Below, one piece after another: positions 19,116 to 37,200 of a stretch of 64,000 nucleotides of DNA. Under the pieces are notes generated by a model. That model saw only the letters and a program-made list of their open reading frames with translations, was not told the origin of the DNA and searched no databases. The stretch's first letter is position 1, and each line of letters begins with the position of its first letter. The stretch lies in assembly GCF_009914755.1 (NCBI RefSeq), contig NC_060933.1; one strand, given 5' to 3'. The position numbers were made by a program, and so were the translations under genes. The stretch comes from the human T2T-CHM13v2.0 reference genome, Homo sapiens.

Positions 19116-19307
19116 CATCTCCCCTCATTTTACAATTGCTTAACTGCAGCTCAGGATATTGACATAATTATTCAATGCCACTCAGAAAAGCAATGCTAGT
19201 TTCACTTTTTAGAAATGGAAAGAAAATAAAAACAGTGATTATCGACCTAAGGGAAAAAAAATAACTTTTTATTAAAATCAGTTAAGATGCTGAATTTTCT
19301 ATATTTA

Positions 19308-19529
<222 letters not shown>

Positions 19530-19759
19530 TTAAAGAATAATTACTGAATAAATACTGCATTAATTTTATCTTAAATTCAAATTTGCTTATTGTTTTGGGG
19601 TTGTTGTGTTATTGTTGGGTAGTTTTGTTTTGTTTTTGTCATGGTTACTCTAATATAACAGAGTATTCTGGCTACTCAAAACAGAAAAACTTGTGTAAAG
19701 ATCAAGACTCCATTATGAAAAACATACATATATATGATGATGGTGATAATAAAACAGCT

Positions 19760-19990
19760 AACATTAAGCACTGAAAATAAATGAAACACTATGCTAAGCA
19801 TTTTACATCTATTATCTAATTTATTCTGCATAAGAACACTATGAAGTTACCCCCATTTAACTGAAGAGGAAAATGAGGTACGGAGAAGTTAAGCCATTTG
19901 CTGAAAATTACACATCTTGCAAAGACAGGAGCCAGGATAAAAACCAGTTAGAGTGATTCTGAAGCACCACACTGTCAGCCAGCATCACAC
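19760..19990 (-). mobile_element. MIR SINE
   Basis: ccccatttaactgaagaggaaaatgaggtacggagaagttaag core. Confidence 0.75.
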
Positions 19991-21484
19991 ACTGCCCCAA
20001 TACAGATTAATGATGATCACACAATCTTAGAGTGCATGGGAAATAAAGTTCTTTTAGAAAAACTCAGTGTCACCATTCACTCTGTTTTCAGTGGGGGAAA
20101 AAAGTCAGGAGTGGAACAAGAGCCAGAAATGATTTCCATGTCTCTCTAGGAAAAAAAGCAGGTGGATTTAAAGGAAAAGTATGTCCTCAGAGAAACAAGA
20201 TATGTATCCAGGATCAATGTGTTCTAAATGCTCTTCAGAGAAGAGCTAATGAATCCCATGATAAGAGGGCAAATGTCAGATTATCTACTACCCAAGCTAT
20301 TTTCTAGGATCCTCAATGACTCTGGCCTCACACAAACTAATTATTATCTTTGTTATGGCTGAAGAGAGATAATAATACCATTTAATAATTTTCAGTTGGT
20401 ACTTATTTTTAATTTTGTATTTACTTACTACCAGAGTAAGCTACTTATTTTTCAGCCTAATTTACAAGTATATTTTACTATGCTTCAATCCTTAAAAAAC
20501 TTTATATACATGTATCTGACCATACTTACACATATTAACTACTAGTTTAAAAGAAAAAAACATATTATGTATTTCTTATTATTTCATATTCAGGAATTTA
20601 GCTATTATTTACATAGCCAATGAAAAAGATTTTCCTCATTGATATGCATAATAGAGATTGATTTTATTTAAATGTTATCATATTAATCACTGTATCATTA
20701 TTGTATACTTATTATTACATTAATATGTAATTTAATCTCTTTAAATTATACATTTAGGAACCAATAATGTAATAATTTTCTTAACATCTAATAGAATACA
20801 TAATGTTTCTAAAATAAAAAATAATTTACAAAGATATTCTTTTCTCTAAACATACTAGTTCAATATTTGACACTATTTTGTGAAAATATGGCCTTACATA
20901 GTGGCTATTTGGAGAGGAAAAAAAAAAAAAAGGCTTTACCTGTAAAACAGGTATAATGGGGAAAGAAAACTACAACACTCCGAAAGCTCAACAGCAGGGA
21001 ATTTTGTGTTTGGTTTAAGAAGAAACAGTAGTGAAGGACTACTTACAGACTCATTAGAAAAAAACAAAACAACCTGCTACCACTCCTTAAAAGTTCTGCT
21101 AGTTAAGGAAGGAACAAAGAATGCACTGAAACTTATATACGGTCAAGTTGTGGCTAGCTGGAGATGAATCTTCTAGAAGCTACCAGTTTCTATAAATGCT
21201 CCAAACTCTGAAAAATCTGGGACAAAGAAAATGGAATCACAGGAAAAAAAGTTATAACCATAAGAGAACACAAATAAATAATACCCCCACTATGATGTAG
21301 CAGTTCACCTGAAGGATGAAGGAATAGGATTCAGATAAAAAAAGGAAAAATTAAGTAACGTCTAAATGTAAAGTCAATGAGAGTAAGAGGCAGGCAGCAG
21401 TAGGAAAGAAAAAGAAGATAATAAAGCTCAGCAGTCTCAAAAAGCCAACAATTCCATAGTTCTTGAAGAAAAATTATATTTTAG

Positions 21485-21700
21485 TACAGTATAGTGATAA
21501 AGAGAGTGGACATTCCACTAGACTGCTTTCTGAATCCTGGCTCCACCTCTTATAAACTAGACTGAGAACCTCTCTCTTCCTCTGTTTTCTATGTACTTAT
21601 ACAACCTGTATTTACCTCATAGGGTTGCTATAAGGATCTAATGGTTACTATGTATATGTAAAGAGTTTGGACTACCACAGTTAAGTGTTCAATAATAAAA
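21485..21700 (+). mobile_element. MIR SINE
   Basis: gaatcctggctccacc...tacctcatagggttgctataaggat. Confidence 0.7.
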
Positions 21701-22783
21701 TGCATTTTGTTCTTATTGCTATAACTGCTCTGTTAAGATAAAGTAGGGAAAACGTGAGCAATCACTGATACCCCAGTGAATAGTGAATAATGCAAGCTAA
21801 CAACTACATTTTCCAAAGATGTCAATGTTATAAGACAAAGAAATCTGTAGAAATGTCCCAGATTAAAGGAGACTAAAGAGACAAGATAATTAAGGGCAAT
21901 ACCTGATGCCAGGACATAGATGTAGTTTAGATTGGCTAACTTGACAGTTTCGCCAAAGCTTACCTTGGTGATCACATTTGCTGGTTATAAAATGGGTTCT
22001 GTATCTATTAAGACAGAAATCTTCCAATATCTTAACTTCTATCTCCAAAGTGAATCGAATACTCAGTGTACCCCAATTTTGATACAGTTTTGCAAGACAA
22101 AAATTGGTCCAAACAGGAAAGAGTCAAATTAATCCCTCCTCCCCCATAAAAAAAACCCAGCAATAGGCTAAACAGCTAAAAAAAGAGACCATTTTTCTAC
22201 AGATGCTAGAGTAGTCCTCTCTCTATAAATAAAGCAAAATACAGACTTTCTAGGCTTCCAGAGGTACAATGAAACTCCGAAAACTTACTTGCCACCTTTA
22301 CCTAACATCTTATGTAATATGACAATAATTTTATATTTTCTCAATAATACTTTTTTCACTTCCTTGTTCAATTAACTGAAACCTAAGAATCATTATGCAA
22401 ACACTAATTCTCACAAAAACAAATCCATTATAGAATATTTTCCTACTGTTTTTGTATCCCCAAAAGACTGCTGACAAAGGATAATAATGCATTTTGAAAT
22501 AAGTTGCCACAAGAGAGTTTCAGATCACTTTCCTTCAATTTTGTAGATTTCAAAATCTAAGGCAGAAAGGTTAGATAAAATCTTTCTGGTCAGAGAGAGT
22601 GAAAATAAGTTACTTTAAGGTCCTTTTCAGACCAGTGGATTTAAACCAATATCATCTACCCCTTTAATTGCATAGTCATTCATGGTAAAAAGATGTGGAC
22701 AAAGTAAAACCTAAAATTACATATATATTTATTTACCCAATTTTTGTTTTACAACTGTAGTATATCATTTATAAAGCTAACTA

Positions 22784-22930
<147 letters not shown>

Positions 22931-23317
22931 TCAGAGGTAAGCATTCTACAATATGCATAGCCAATGGTAGAATGTGACTTATATAAAGTATTTCAATCAC
23001 CAGAGAAAAAGTAAATGAGATTTCTTATTTAACATCTCTCTAAGGCTGTCCCAGCTGTTGACAAACCCATGGGACCATATAAGAAAGTGCTTCAAAATTT
23101 GGAAAGCACTGTAAAGGTGAATTTTACTAATGTTCTCAGTTTTTAAAAATAATGTCTTATGTTGCGATAGCCTGAATGAAACATCCTGTTTTCTATTTAT
23201 TATAAATTTCAATGACTCACTTCATCCCTTTATAATTGACCCCCTATTTGTTTCAATGACAGTCATGTGCCACATACTGTGCTATATGCTGGGAATTTTT
23301 TCAAAAGATGTGTAAAT

Positions 23318-24099
<782 letters not shown>

Positions 24100-24529
24100 C
24101 AACAACTAATTGTAAACTGCTTGGAGACAAGGGGCTTGATGCTGACCACTTCACAGAATAGGTGATATTTAAGCAGTATCTTGTAGAAAGTATAACAGAT
24201 TTCTATGTGAATGTAATGGTGGGTGAGTGTGGCTTCTAAGAAGAGGAAATAATACTACTAAAATAAGGAAGTGAAATGATATCTTTAGAAAATAACAAAA
24301 GGTATGACTAGGATGAAGAGTATGCTTATGAAAGTACTGAAAGGAAAATAAAGAATTAAAAAATGAAGGATGTAACATAGTAGGCCAAGTAGTACTGACT
24401 TTTAATATAAAGAAGATAGGCACTGAGAATTTTCAAGACAAGAATGGCTTAATTCAATTTTAAGAGGTGAGAGAGACAGCATACGGGTGGAAGGTGACCA
24501 ACAAACAGGAAAAGAAAAAAATTCCATGT

Positions 24530-24760
24530 TGTAGCAGGATAGCACAGGGGTTCTAGAAACAGAATACCTGAATTCAAATCCTAGCTCCCGAACTTACTAG
24601 CTATTTGACCTTGAGCAAGTTACATCAATTCTTTGTCTTCGTTTCTTTGTCTATAAAATGGAGATATCTACTCATAGTGTTTCTGTGGGCATTAGAGAAG
24701 TTAATATACGTAAAGTGCCAGGCAGAGTATGTGTTACACAAATGTTTATTACTGCTGTTG
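24530..24760 (+). mobile_element. MIR SINE
   Basis: cctgaattcaaatcctagctcc...tgaccttgagcaagttac. Confidence 0.8.
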
Positions 24761-25019
24761 CTTGAGGGACTGTGCTACTGGGTCTCTTTGTAACAGCAGT
24801 TTAGTCGACCCTAACTAATACAGGTACAAATATAAAAACAAATCACCTCAAATTCTTAGATAGCAAAAAATAAATATTCATATTTCACATGGTAACCTGG
24901 GTTGATTTATACTTATGCCCTAACGGCAGTTGGTCATGGATAAACAAGGGAAGAACTGACATTTGGAAGAAGAGAAGGAAGAAAATAACTCCTAGGAAAA
25001 AAGAAAGGGATTGAATTAA

Positions 25020-25409
<390 letters not shown>

Positions 25410-25899
25410 TTAGTCAAACCTTTCAAATATTTTCCTTTGTAGGATGTTTTCCTTAGGGTTTATACTCCAGATGTGAAATGCCATGTAGCTTAAGAGCGTC
25501 TGAGACCTTCTCTGCTATTTCAAAGATCCATTCATTATACCAGTACCAATAATTAACAATATTAATTATTATAGCCAATCAAATTAAAACCAGGGAATAT
25601 AAACCAAAATTCTTACTGATTTTCAAAATGTCCTTGGCTTATAGTAAAAACAGAAATATAGGAAACAACTTAAATGTCTATCAGTAGGACACTAGTTAGA
25701 TAAATTATACTACAACTGTATGATGTAGTCATTAGAAGGAAAGAGTCTGCACATTCTATAAGGACTGGGAAAGTACATCACGGGAAGTTTATTTTGTTGT
25801 TGCTATTGTGCCTATAAATGTGATCTACTTTCCCTTTATGTTTTCTATGTGTTTTTTGTTGATACACATATACACACGTAGAGGAAGGCTATTTAATTT

Positions 25900-28300
25900 T
25901 ATTCATTTTTCTTGTAAATAGTACTTTACTGTTCCTTTGCGTAAGCCACTTTTTTACAATTGATTTGCTTGGATTTTCTATATAGACAGTAATATCCTCC
26001 ACAGATACTGATAAATTTATCTCACTCTTTTAACGGTTAAGACCTTTCTTTTCCCTATCTTACTGATTTAGCTAGAGTTTTCAAAACTACGGTAAATAAT
26101 AATGGTTGAGAGAGGCATCCTCTAACATTTCATTACTATTTATGATGTTGGCTATTGATTTGAGCTAGATAATACTTAGCTTGTTCAGGAAATATTCCTG
26201 TGTTCCTTAAAAATTTTTCTACACTGATATGATTTTTATGAAATCTTGTCATGGCATTTACTGAGATGATCATTTGGTTTTGTCCCTTTGATCTACTGAT
26301 AATATATTTTACTAATTAAAGTCTTAATATTACAATAAACTTACTTTCTTAAAAATCATCTTTACTTGGTCAAGGTGTCCTAAACGTAAACAATACTGCT
26401 CAACTAAATTTGCTAATACTTTAGGATTTTTATATTTATTTTCATGAGTGACAGTGATCTGTAGGTTGTTTCAGATTAATCTTACCAGATTGTGTTTTCA
26501 GCATCATGCTAGCTTCTAAACTTTCCTTTTTTTTTTTTTTTTTTTTTTCTTGCTCTGGAAAATAAAGTGTAGGACAATTTCTTGAAAGTTTGGGAGAACT
26601 AATCTATGAAGTCATCACCATTTGGTGTCTTCACTAAAGAAGCTTGATTGCATATTCAATTTCAAATTTTTTACTATTTAAGTCAATATTAGTTATTCAT
26701 ATTTTCCTAAAATATTGTCCATTCCAATCACACAGTGACCCTTGAAAAATGTAAGTTTGAACTGTGCAGGTTCGTTAATACACAGATTTTCTTCTGCCTC
26801 TGTCACTCCTCAGATAGCAAAACCCCTCCTGCCCCTCCTCCTCCTCAGTCTATTCAATGTGTAGACAACAAGGATGTAAACCTTTATGAAAACCACCTCC
26901 ACTTAATGAACAGTAAATATGTTTTCTCTTCCTTATGACTTTTCAAATAACATTTTCTTTTGTCTAGCTTACTTTGTTGTACAGAATACACGTAACATAA
27001 AAAATATGTATTAACTGTTTATGTTATCAGTAAGGTTTCTGGTCAACAGGTTACTAGTAGTTATGTTTTGGAGGAGTCAAAAGTTCTATGCAGATTTTCA
27101 ACTGCACAGAGTCGATACTGCTAATCCCCAAGTTGTTTTAGGGTCAAGTCTGTATTCAAATGCATTCGCAGGAGTTGCCTTTAACATCTACTTAGACTGA
27201 TTTAACCACCCCTATTTACTTTGCCAAGAATGTAGAGGTATATTAAAATCAACCACCAACACTGTTTCTACCAATGTCTTTCTGTTATTCAAATGATTAT
27301 AGTTTTGTCGACTTTTAGTATTTGGCACATGTGTTATCTAGCTTGCATAAAATAATCTTCACTGCCTTGTTTTAATCATTTTTTATTCTGTATTCGTGTT
27401 TTGTTTAACAATAATACTTTCCTTCTCACCTCTTCTGGGCTAAGGAATAACACATACATATTTGCTAATCTGTTTACTTTCAAGCTTTCTATCCTGCTGT
27501 CTTAAGAGACTTCATATGTACCAGCTAGTCGGATTTTGTTTTTTAACCCAATCTGGGAGTCTCTTTCCTTCAACAGGAGTATTTCATCCATTTAGACTTA
27601 TTACTGAAACTGATCTGCTTGTCCTTGCTTAGCCTTTAGTGCTCTCAGGATATTGTGCATCTTTGAAATTTCCTTGCTTTTACACAGCAATGATGGACCC
27701 CTATAATTTTATATCAATTTTCAAAGTGTCCATAGTCTCCAAAGGCCACCCATGTATTTCTATGGGTCAATGGACTCCTGTTTAAGGATCTCTGTTCCAG
27801 ATGTTACCTTTACATTTGGCGAATATACATTTGGATTATTTGTATAATTTTCATTTTAGAAATGCAAGAACAGTATAATATTAGGAAATCTATCAATATA
27901 AATTTTAGCTCATTTATGTAAATACCCACTTTATAATAACTGTATTATGTATCTTTTGCCAATAATTAGCTAACATGTTTCATAATAATACTATAACAAC
28001 TATTTAGTATTATATAGTTAACAGATTATAATGTTTAATACAAATACTCTTAGGTAACGTCTACATTCTTGACATCTCTAATTCATCATCTGACTGGCTG
28101 GAGTAATATTTCACATAATTACTTCAGGAAGGGAATACCTGGATAATATACTTCTGTACCCAAACATACCTAAGAATATGTCACCTTCACATATGGTGAC
28201 AACTAATAAAGGTCCAGAAGTCTTGAGTCAGAACCCTTTCCTTCAAATCTCCATAGATGCAGCATTTAACATTCAGAAGAATAAGTATCAAGGCCAGCTC
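25900..28300 (-). mobile_element. Old L1ME-type fragments with a nested Tigger2a
   Basis: T-rich antisense L1 motifs such as gagaggcatcct and tttgctaatactttaggattttta. Confidence 0.6.
26733..27152 (+). mobile_element. Second Tigger2a/MER28 element
   Basis: cagtgacccttgaa...ttgttttagggtcaagtctg; similar to 4080-4511. Confidence 0.83.
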
Positions 28301-28393
28301 GATTCATTTATTCAACAAACATTAAATGCACTTATTATGTCCCACACAATCTAATGGATGCTGAAGACAAAATGAAAACAACAACAGTCCTAT

Positions 28394-29505
<1,112 letters not shown>

Positions 29506-31044
29506 TTCAGACCTATCCTTGTGGACTCACATTCTAGCTGAGGAAGGTAAATAATAATAAAGACTGTGAAACATATAATGAAGCCTGACATGTGAGAAAA
29601 TAATGGAAAACAAAGCAGAGGCAAGGGCATGTAGTCCCAGCTACTTGGGAGGCTGAGGTGGGGGGGATCTCTTGAACTCAGGAGTTCGAGACCAGCCTGG
29701 GAAACATGGGGGGAGGAAGGAGGAGGAGGAGGAAGGAATAATGGAAAACAGAATGAGAGTATTTTCCTAGTATCTATACACTTGCTATTAGAACCCTCCT
29801 CTCCCATCTGAATCAGGAAGGCTTGTCAGTCAATGTAAATATGCATTTCTAGTCCAGTGACTCATTGGTCTGAGAAGCAGGCATCAAAGGAACTAAAAGA
29901 AAAATATAATTTCTTGTTTGTTCCCGTGTTTGGTGAATTTACTGCACTAGAGGTCGGCTTTCTCTATCCGTCAATCCAGACACTAAATAAAGAACTTGCT
30001 GGGGCCTATCCCACCTCCTTCCTGGTGTTACTACTGGCCGCAGCACAGGGAAGACTCACCAGCTTTCCACCAGTGAGAACCACCATTTAACCCCCATAAT
30101 CCTATGTTGATGTAGGAAAGAAAGGGATTCCAACTGCTTCCTGATTGTCCCTCCAAACTGGTGCTAATGGCACCTCAACTTTAGCAGAAGATAATGCATT
30201 CCTAGAAGAGGGAGTGGAGGCTTGATGCTGCTCCTGCATTTACTCACAGCTCCACCACATCTCTTGAATGTTCTGTATTTGTTCCATGCCCCTCTTACCC
30301 AGTTTTCAGATTTGGTACAGATTTTCTCCTGTAAAAGTCTGTCGGTAATTTCAAATGGAATGGGAAAAGGGTATTGGACCACTGCTTTTACTTAGCTTTC
30401 TTACTCATAAGTCCTAGACTTAGTCTTAGACTTTTCAACATTTTAAAGGAGGTTTCTAAATAATCCATTTTGATATGTTGTGTCAACTTGTTTTAATAAC
30501 TACATATTTTAAAAATAAAATCATAATAGTGTACCCTATGACATATACCATTAATAAATTTATATCAAGGATAATGAAACTAATATAATTCCTTGAAAAT
30601 TCTCTTAAAACACTTGTTTCAAATAAGAATTTTACATATAAATAAAGAATCTTCGTTTTTTTTCTCAAAAAAGTAATAAACTGATAAGAAAATACTATAG
30701 AAATTCTATTAAAAGCCAGGACTACTTTCTCTTTTTCACTTTGGTAGATGTTGTCAAAGAAATTCTTCTTCCCCATATAAATAAACTCTTACTTCCTCTA
30801 CTGTATACCTACAGTATTATATGGAAAATGACAAACAGCCTACCTCAGATAATTTCATATTTTCATCCAAGTAAGTCATGTGAAAGTTTTTGTTAAGCAT
30901 AAAACCATAGTAATTTTGGTGATTAGGTTGTTTTTTTTTAACTTAAGAAAAAAAATCACTGAAAAGCTACAAATGTAAACCCGAACATAATTTACCTAGA
31001 CATTTAATGTTTATATTTTTACACTTTAAAAACATACATAAGTT

Positions 31045-31355
<311 letters not shown>

Positions 31356-31589
31356 TACATAAGCTATCAAATAATATTCCTATGTGAAGCTTAATTATTT
31401 CACAATTCACATTTGCATATATACAACACATCCCACACCATTTCACTTAATTATTAGCCTCCAATTTCTTACATTTAAAGAAATGCTTAACTAAAATAAA
31501 ATGTGAATGTTTATCATGTTAAGTAAGGCCTTCCTTTGCTGAGGAGTTAGACATAAATAAAAAGAAAATCACAGGGTCACATAATTCTA

Positions 31590-31868
<279 letters not shown>

Positions 31869-32302
31869 TTAGTTCAAAAAGTGTCATACATTAATAATTT
31901 TCTAGAAACAAATATCTCAAAAACCAATATTTTAACACAGAATAATTACAAAATAGCTTTACTATTCAGAATTATCTATCTGTAAGTAAGAACCCCATGT
32001 GGCAAATTCAGAAGAACTTTTCCTTAAATATTTTCACTAAGCAGAAATCAGTACCATCTTTGGAGTGACTTGGGGGGACACTTGGCAAGCCTAGGGCATA
32101 AAATAAAAAAGATAATTTAAGGGAAAAGGGGGAAAAGGATTAAGCAAGAAAATTTAAAAGGTGTAAGAAATTAAAAAACAAAAAAAAAACACGCATTTGA
32201 CCAAACCTTCCTCAGAACTGTATCAGTTATCATGCAATAATACCTCTCATAAGTTGGCTATTCACCTTATAAAAGGATAGCCTGAATATCACAATATAAA
32301 GG

Positions 32303-32610
32303 TTTTTTTGTTTCTTTGTTTTTGGTTTTGAGATGGAATCTCGCTCTGTCACCCAGGCTGGAGTGAAGTAGAGCTATCTCGGCTCACTGCAAGCTCCGCC
32401 TCCTGGGTTCATACCATTCTCCTGCCTCAGCCTCCCGAGTAGCTGGGACTACAGGTGCCCGACACCACGCCCGGCTAATTTTTTGTATTTTTAGTAGAGA
32501 CGAGGTTTCACCATGTTAGCCAGGATGGTCTCGATCTTCTGACCTCGTGATCCGCCCGCCTTGGCCTCCCAAAGTGCTGGGATTACAGGCATGAGCCACT
32601 GCGCCTGGCC
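32303..32610 (-). mobile_element. AluY
   Basis: TSD cacaatataaag; gcaagctccgcc and ccattctcc diagnostics. Confidence 0.93.
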
Positions 32611-33462
32611 CACAATATAAAGTTTTAAGAGTCTGACTTGCTGTCCTGGTATCTAATCTGGAGAAGGGTTAAGGGACATGGGATATGAAACCGTCATATA
32701 ACAACAGTATTATTAGTGACATTTGACATTTAGATGGTACTATGATACACTGTAAAAGTTTCCATATACATTTTCACATCTGACCTGTCAAAACAAATGA
32801 GAAATTAAGGCTCAGAAATGTTAAGTGGCATAAACCAAGTGACCTAACTCTTTCTCATATATAAAATATCCATCAATGTCTATACTAGGAATAGTAAAAA
32901 CAAGTACATATGATTGATCTAGAAAAGAAAAAACTAAGGTAAACATAAAATATGTGTTCAGATATCTCAACTCTTGTCATATAAAAATAGACTGTGTTTG
33001 TCATGTGTGAGACCAGGAGGGCACAATCAAGATAACTGGCTGATATTTTCAAAAAGACAGATTTCTTTCTAATAATTATAGCTTTCTTAAAAAAAAAAGA
33101 GGGGGGGTTGCATTGCAACATCCTCATTCCCCATGGCTGACAGTCAGCACAGCAACTAGAAAGGATCTCACTAAATACACTGTCAAAAATGTTTATGCTT
33201 AAAATGGCTGGCAGATATAGCATTCCCAGTTCCAGGTTTCATTTTTGTACCTTCTCTATTCAAAAAAGCCTCTATCCAGCAGGAAAACGTGCAGAATACT
33301 CACAGACAACAGAGCTGCTCTACAGGCTGTAAAGGATCCACAGATACCTCATGAGAGGAGCAAACAACACCGAGTACAGCCAACTACACATCCTAGAAAA
33401 CATGGCTTTACGGAATCCCCTCTTGCTAAGTGGATGAATTTCTACTTCTTCCTTTTGCCTTA

Positions 33463-33700
33463 ATGAGATCACATGGACACAGGAAGGGGAATATCACACT
33501 CTGGGGACTGTTGTGGGGTGGGGGGAGAGGGGAGGGATAGCATTGGGAGATATACCTAATGCTAGATGACGAGTTAGTGGGTGCAGTGCACCAGCATGGC
33601 ACATGTATACATATGTAACTAACCTGCACAATGTGCACATGTACCCTAAAACTTAAAAGTATAATAATAAAAAAAAAATAATACAAAAAAAAAAAAAAGA
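33463..33700 (+). mobile_element. Young 5'-truncated L1 3' end (L1PA2-like) with A-tail
   Basis: gagatcacatggacacagg...gctagatgacGAGttagtggg...cctgcacaatgtgcacatgtaccctaaaact; non-Ta GAG allele. Confidence 0.9.
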
Positions 33701-33883
33701 AAGAAAATTTCACATTGCAGAGCTGTGCACTGACCATTTCCTCCAACTCAGCCTGAGGTCACATGTGAGAAATAATTGTGTCTTTTACTTTTAAGATTTT
33801 CGAAAAATGCATTTATCCTGTGTATACGTTTCTGAGTATTTGCACACTAATTCAGTTTTCTTAACAACCAAATCATATTATTA

Positions 33884-34204
<321 letters not shown>

Positions 34205-37200
34205 TTACCTCAATATTGTGATGGATACTTATAATTCTTTTTTCCAAAACAAATGACAAGCACATATTTATATTTTTTCTAACAAAATAAATATGAAGTT
34301 CCAGAGAGAAAATTACAACCTCTTCCAAAATCTGCCTGTGTAATGTTTCACGATTTATAAATATCAAAATCTCTTTACTAAAATTAGAGGAACATCTTTT
34401 TAAAGGCTTTTGTTTACTAACAAAAGCTTCAGGTATTTTACAATTTATGAATATACTGATTTTTGTTACACCAAATGAAATGTATAAGCTTTCTACTTGC
34501 TAGTTGTGAATGTGATTTTTAGAAGATCTGCTATCATTTTTATAATTTCTATTACAAACTTTATGTTCCCACTGAAATAAACCCTATTGAATTGTAGCTT
34601 CTATTGCAAACTTTGTGTTTCCACTAAAATTAATTGCTCTAATTACTCCACAATTATATAAATATTCATACTATAACAATGCTCATTAAAAAATACTTCC
34701 GTAACTTTTTTAGTAAATGAAATTTAAGGAGCATTACATGATTAGAAAATAGTGCTTTCTGGCTTTCTAGTCATTAGATTTTTATTGCAATAAGAACTAC
34801 ACTAAAGGTTTTTGTAAATACTCAATTTTATTGGAGTAGAATTAACAAATAAATCCATGTTTGACCTAATTTTATTATTTTTAAAAGTATTAGTATTTAA
34901 AATTATTAACCATAGGGCACATTTTACTAAGATAGTGGCAAGGGAATCATATCAGAGCAACATATCAAGTCACCCAATGCTGCTCTGGTGGGTTAATTAT
35001 AAGGGGTGCAAGATAATGTGCAATACCCATCTGAGGTTGTTTAATTACAAGGAAATACTAATCTCTTCTTAATCTCAAATACACCTATAAAATACCCACC
35101 AGGTTCACAGTATGGACACTAAGATAATGCAGTAGTAAGCCTCCACTGATTTTAGCTGCCTGAATTATTACAGTTTCTAAATGTGCTAGTACAAACCTAA
35201 AACATAACACTGAGATAAACTTATTAATTCCCTTTCAGAACTATGTTCTGACATTAGACAGGCAGAAGACACTCACTAGAGCTACGGAAAAGATTTCTTA
35301 TGTGAAGGCTTTAAACCCAGTATTGTGTCTACAATAGCTAGTGTGCTAAGGCTGTGGCTATTTACAAAATCACTTCCATTGTTTTGACCAAGAAAAGCTT
35401 CATACATTTTAAATGAATATACACTTTGTTTATACCAGTTGGAAATAAGCCTTTAGTTTACTAGCTGTGAATGTGATTTTGTTAAAAGCCATTATGATCA
35501 TTCTAATTCCTATTACAAACCTTGTGTGTTTCCACCAAGATTCCCAATAGCCTAAATGGAATTTATGAGAAATATTAAAATTCTTCACAAATAAGTAAGA
35601 AACTTGCCCATAATTCAAACACAGGTGCTGAGTGCCCCTTAAAGGAAGTGAACAGAGCTACATGCAATCTGTGCTGAGCACAATTAAAACATTAGTAAAG
35701 GGAACTTTATTCATGTATTCAGTGTACCAAACTCACAATTAGCCTATGTCTCTTCTTCCCTCTCTAAAGTCTAATTTATCCTTTTAAAGAAAATGATTGC
35801 TCCTCTCTGCCAAAACCAAAAAAATTTTGAAAAATAAATGAGAATGCTCCAAAATGCCATGATTTGTTTAAAAATATGCAGTAGGCTACTAAATTTTATT
35901 TTGTATCATTCAATTTTCATCCTATTTAATGCCATGTGTCATCTGAAAATACATTAAATATAAACTGAAGTCATTCTACTTGTCAGTTACTTTTTTTTAT
36001 TTTGATGGAATAAACATGTATGTTTGCCCACCACCCTCATTTGAAAAAGAAGGGAGGGAGTAAAAAGGAGACTACTACTAAAAACTGAAAATATTAAATT
36101 ACAGTAATCATGGATTGATTTCTATAAAATACTTGCAACTTATGAGAATTTTGGCTTTTACTAACTTAGAATTAGTGACTTCACTATCAGTGATCCTGAA
36201 AATTAGTAAGCTTTAATAAAAGTTTAGTTTCAATAGCTATTCTAATCTACTCCAAATCAAAAGTATTTGCCCATATTAAGAATTAATCTTTATACAGTTT
36301 GAACCACAAACTCAGGACCCATCAAAGCAAACCTAAAAATATCTTCTAAAATTAATCCACGTATTGTGATCTTGGTCTAAAGCTTACCACATCATATATG
36401 AAAATAAAGCTACAAAGCTAATCTAACTGAGTGTCATACATTTCATTCGAAAAATAAAATTGTTAAATGAGAATTCTATTATTTACTACTAATACCTAAG
36501 GTGATTTTTAAAATTTAATAAATCATTACCAAATATTAGATTTTTGATCAATTCATTATTTGCTATTATTTAAAAAAAAAAAGAGTTCTGGCAATTAAAA
36601 TGTAGGGGCAAGTTGGTCTCACCCCTGACAGACAGTTCTTGATGAGCTAGCTGTTAATTATGTCTCCCTTGTGGAGGGTGGAGTGGGGTGGGGACATATA
36701 AAAGCCACCCAGCCACCAACACAGATTGTGAAGACCAAATGTTACCGTGATTAAACAAAATGTTTATGTAATCAACCAACAGACCCCTGAAGCCCCCCAA
36801 AAAAATATTTAAAATAAAGAGACTCAGTATCTTGGAGAGAAAAAATATATGTAAGTACAGATGATTACTCTCCAAAAGCATAAGACATATCTACTCCAAT
36901 GCTTCAATTCTGATAAGGAAAACAGTGCTTTATTTTGTAAATGAATTAGACTGTAAATGTATATTGTCACATTTTCTAAATGTTATATAAACTTACATTT
37001 ATGGTAGAAATAAAATCTGTAGGGTTCTAAGTCACTCACAAAATCAGAGACAGTAGTTGTTAAAGATATTTCTTATAGTAAAAGTTCAATACCATGTTAG
37101 CTTTACTTTCAAAACATGATACTTATATATTTTCCTCTACTAATGGATTTTTATGTTATCTAAATTACTTAGAAATAAGAAATCAATGTGCTTGACTAAA

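Noticed and set aside
20930-21060. Donor-like minus-strand motifs (CAG|gtaaag, TCT|gtaagt) in intron 12
   Set aside because: No convincing paired acceptor or frame; such motifs are common in introns
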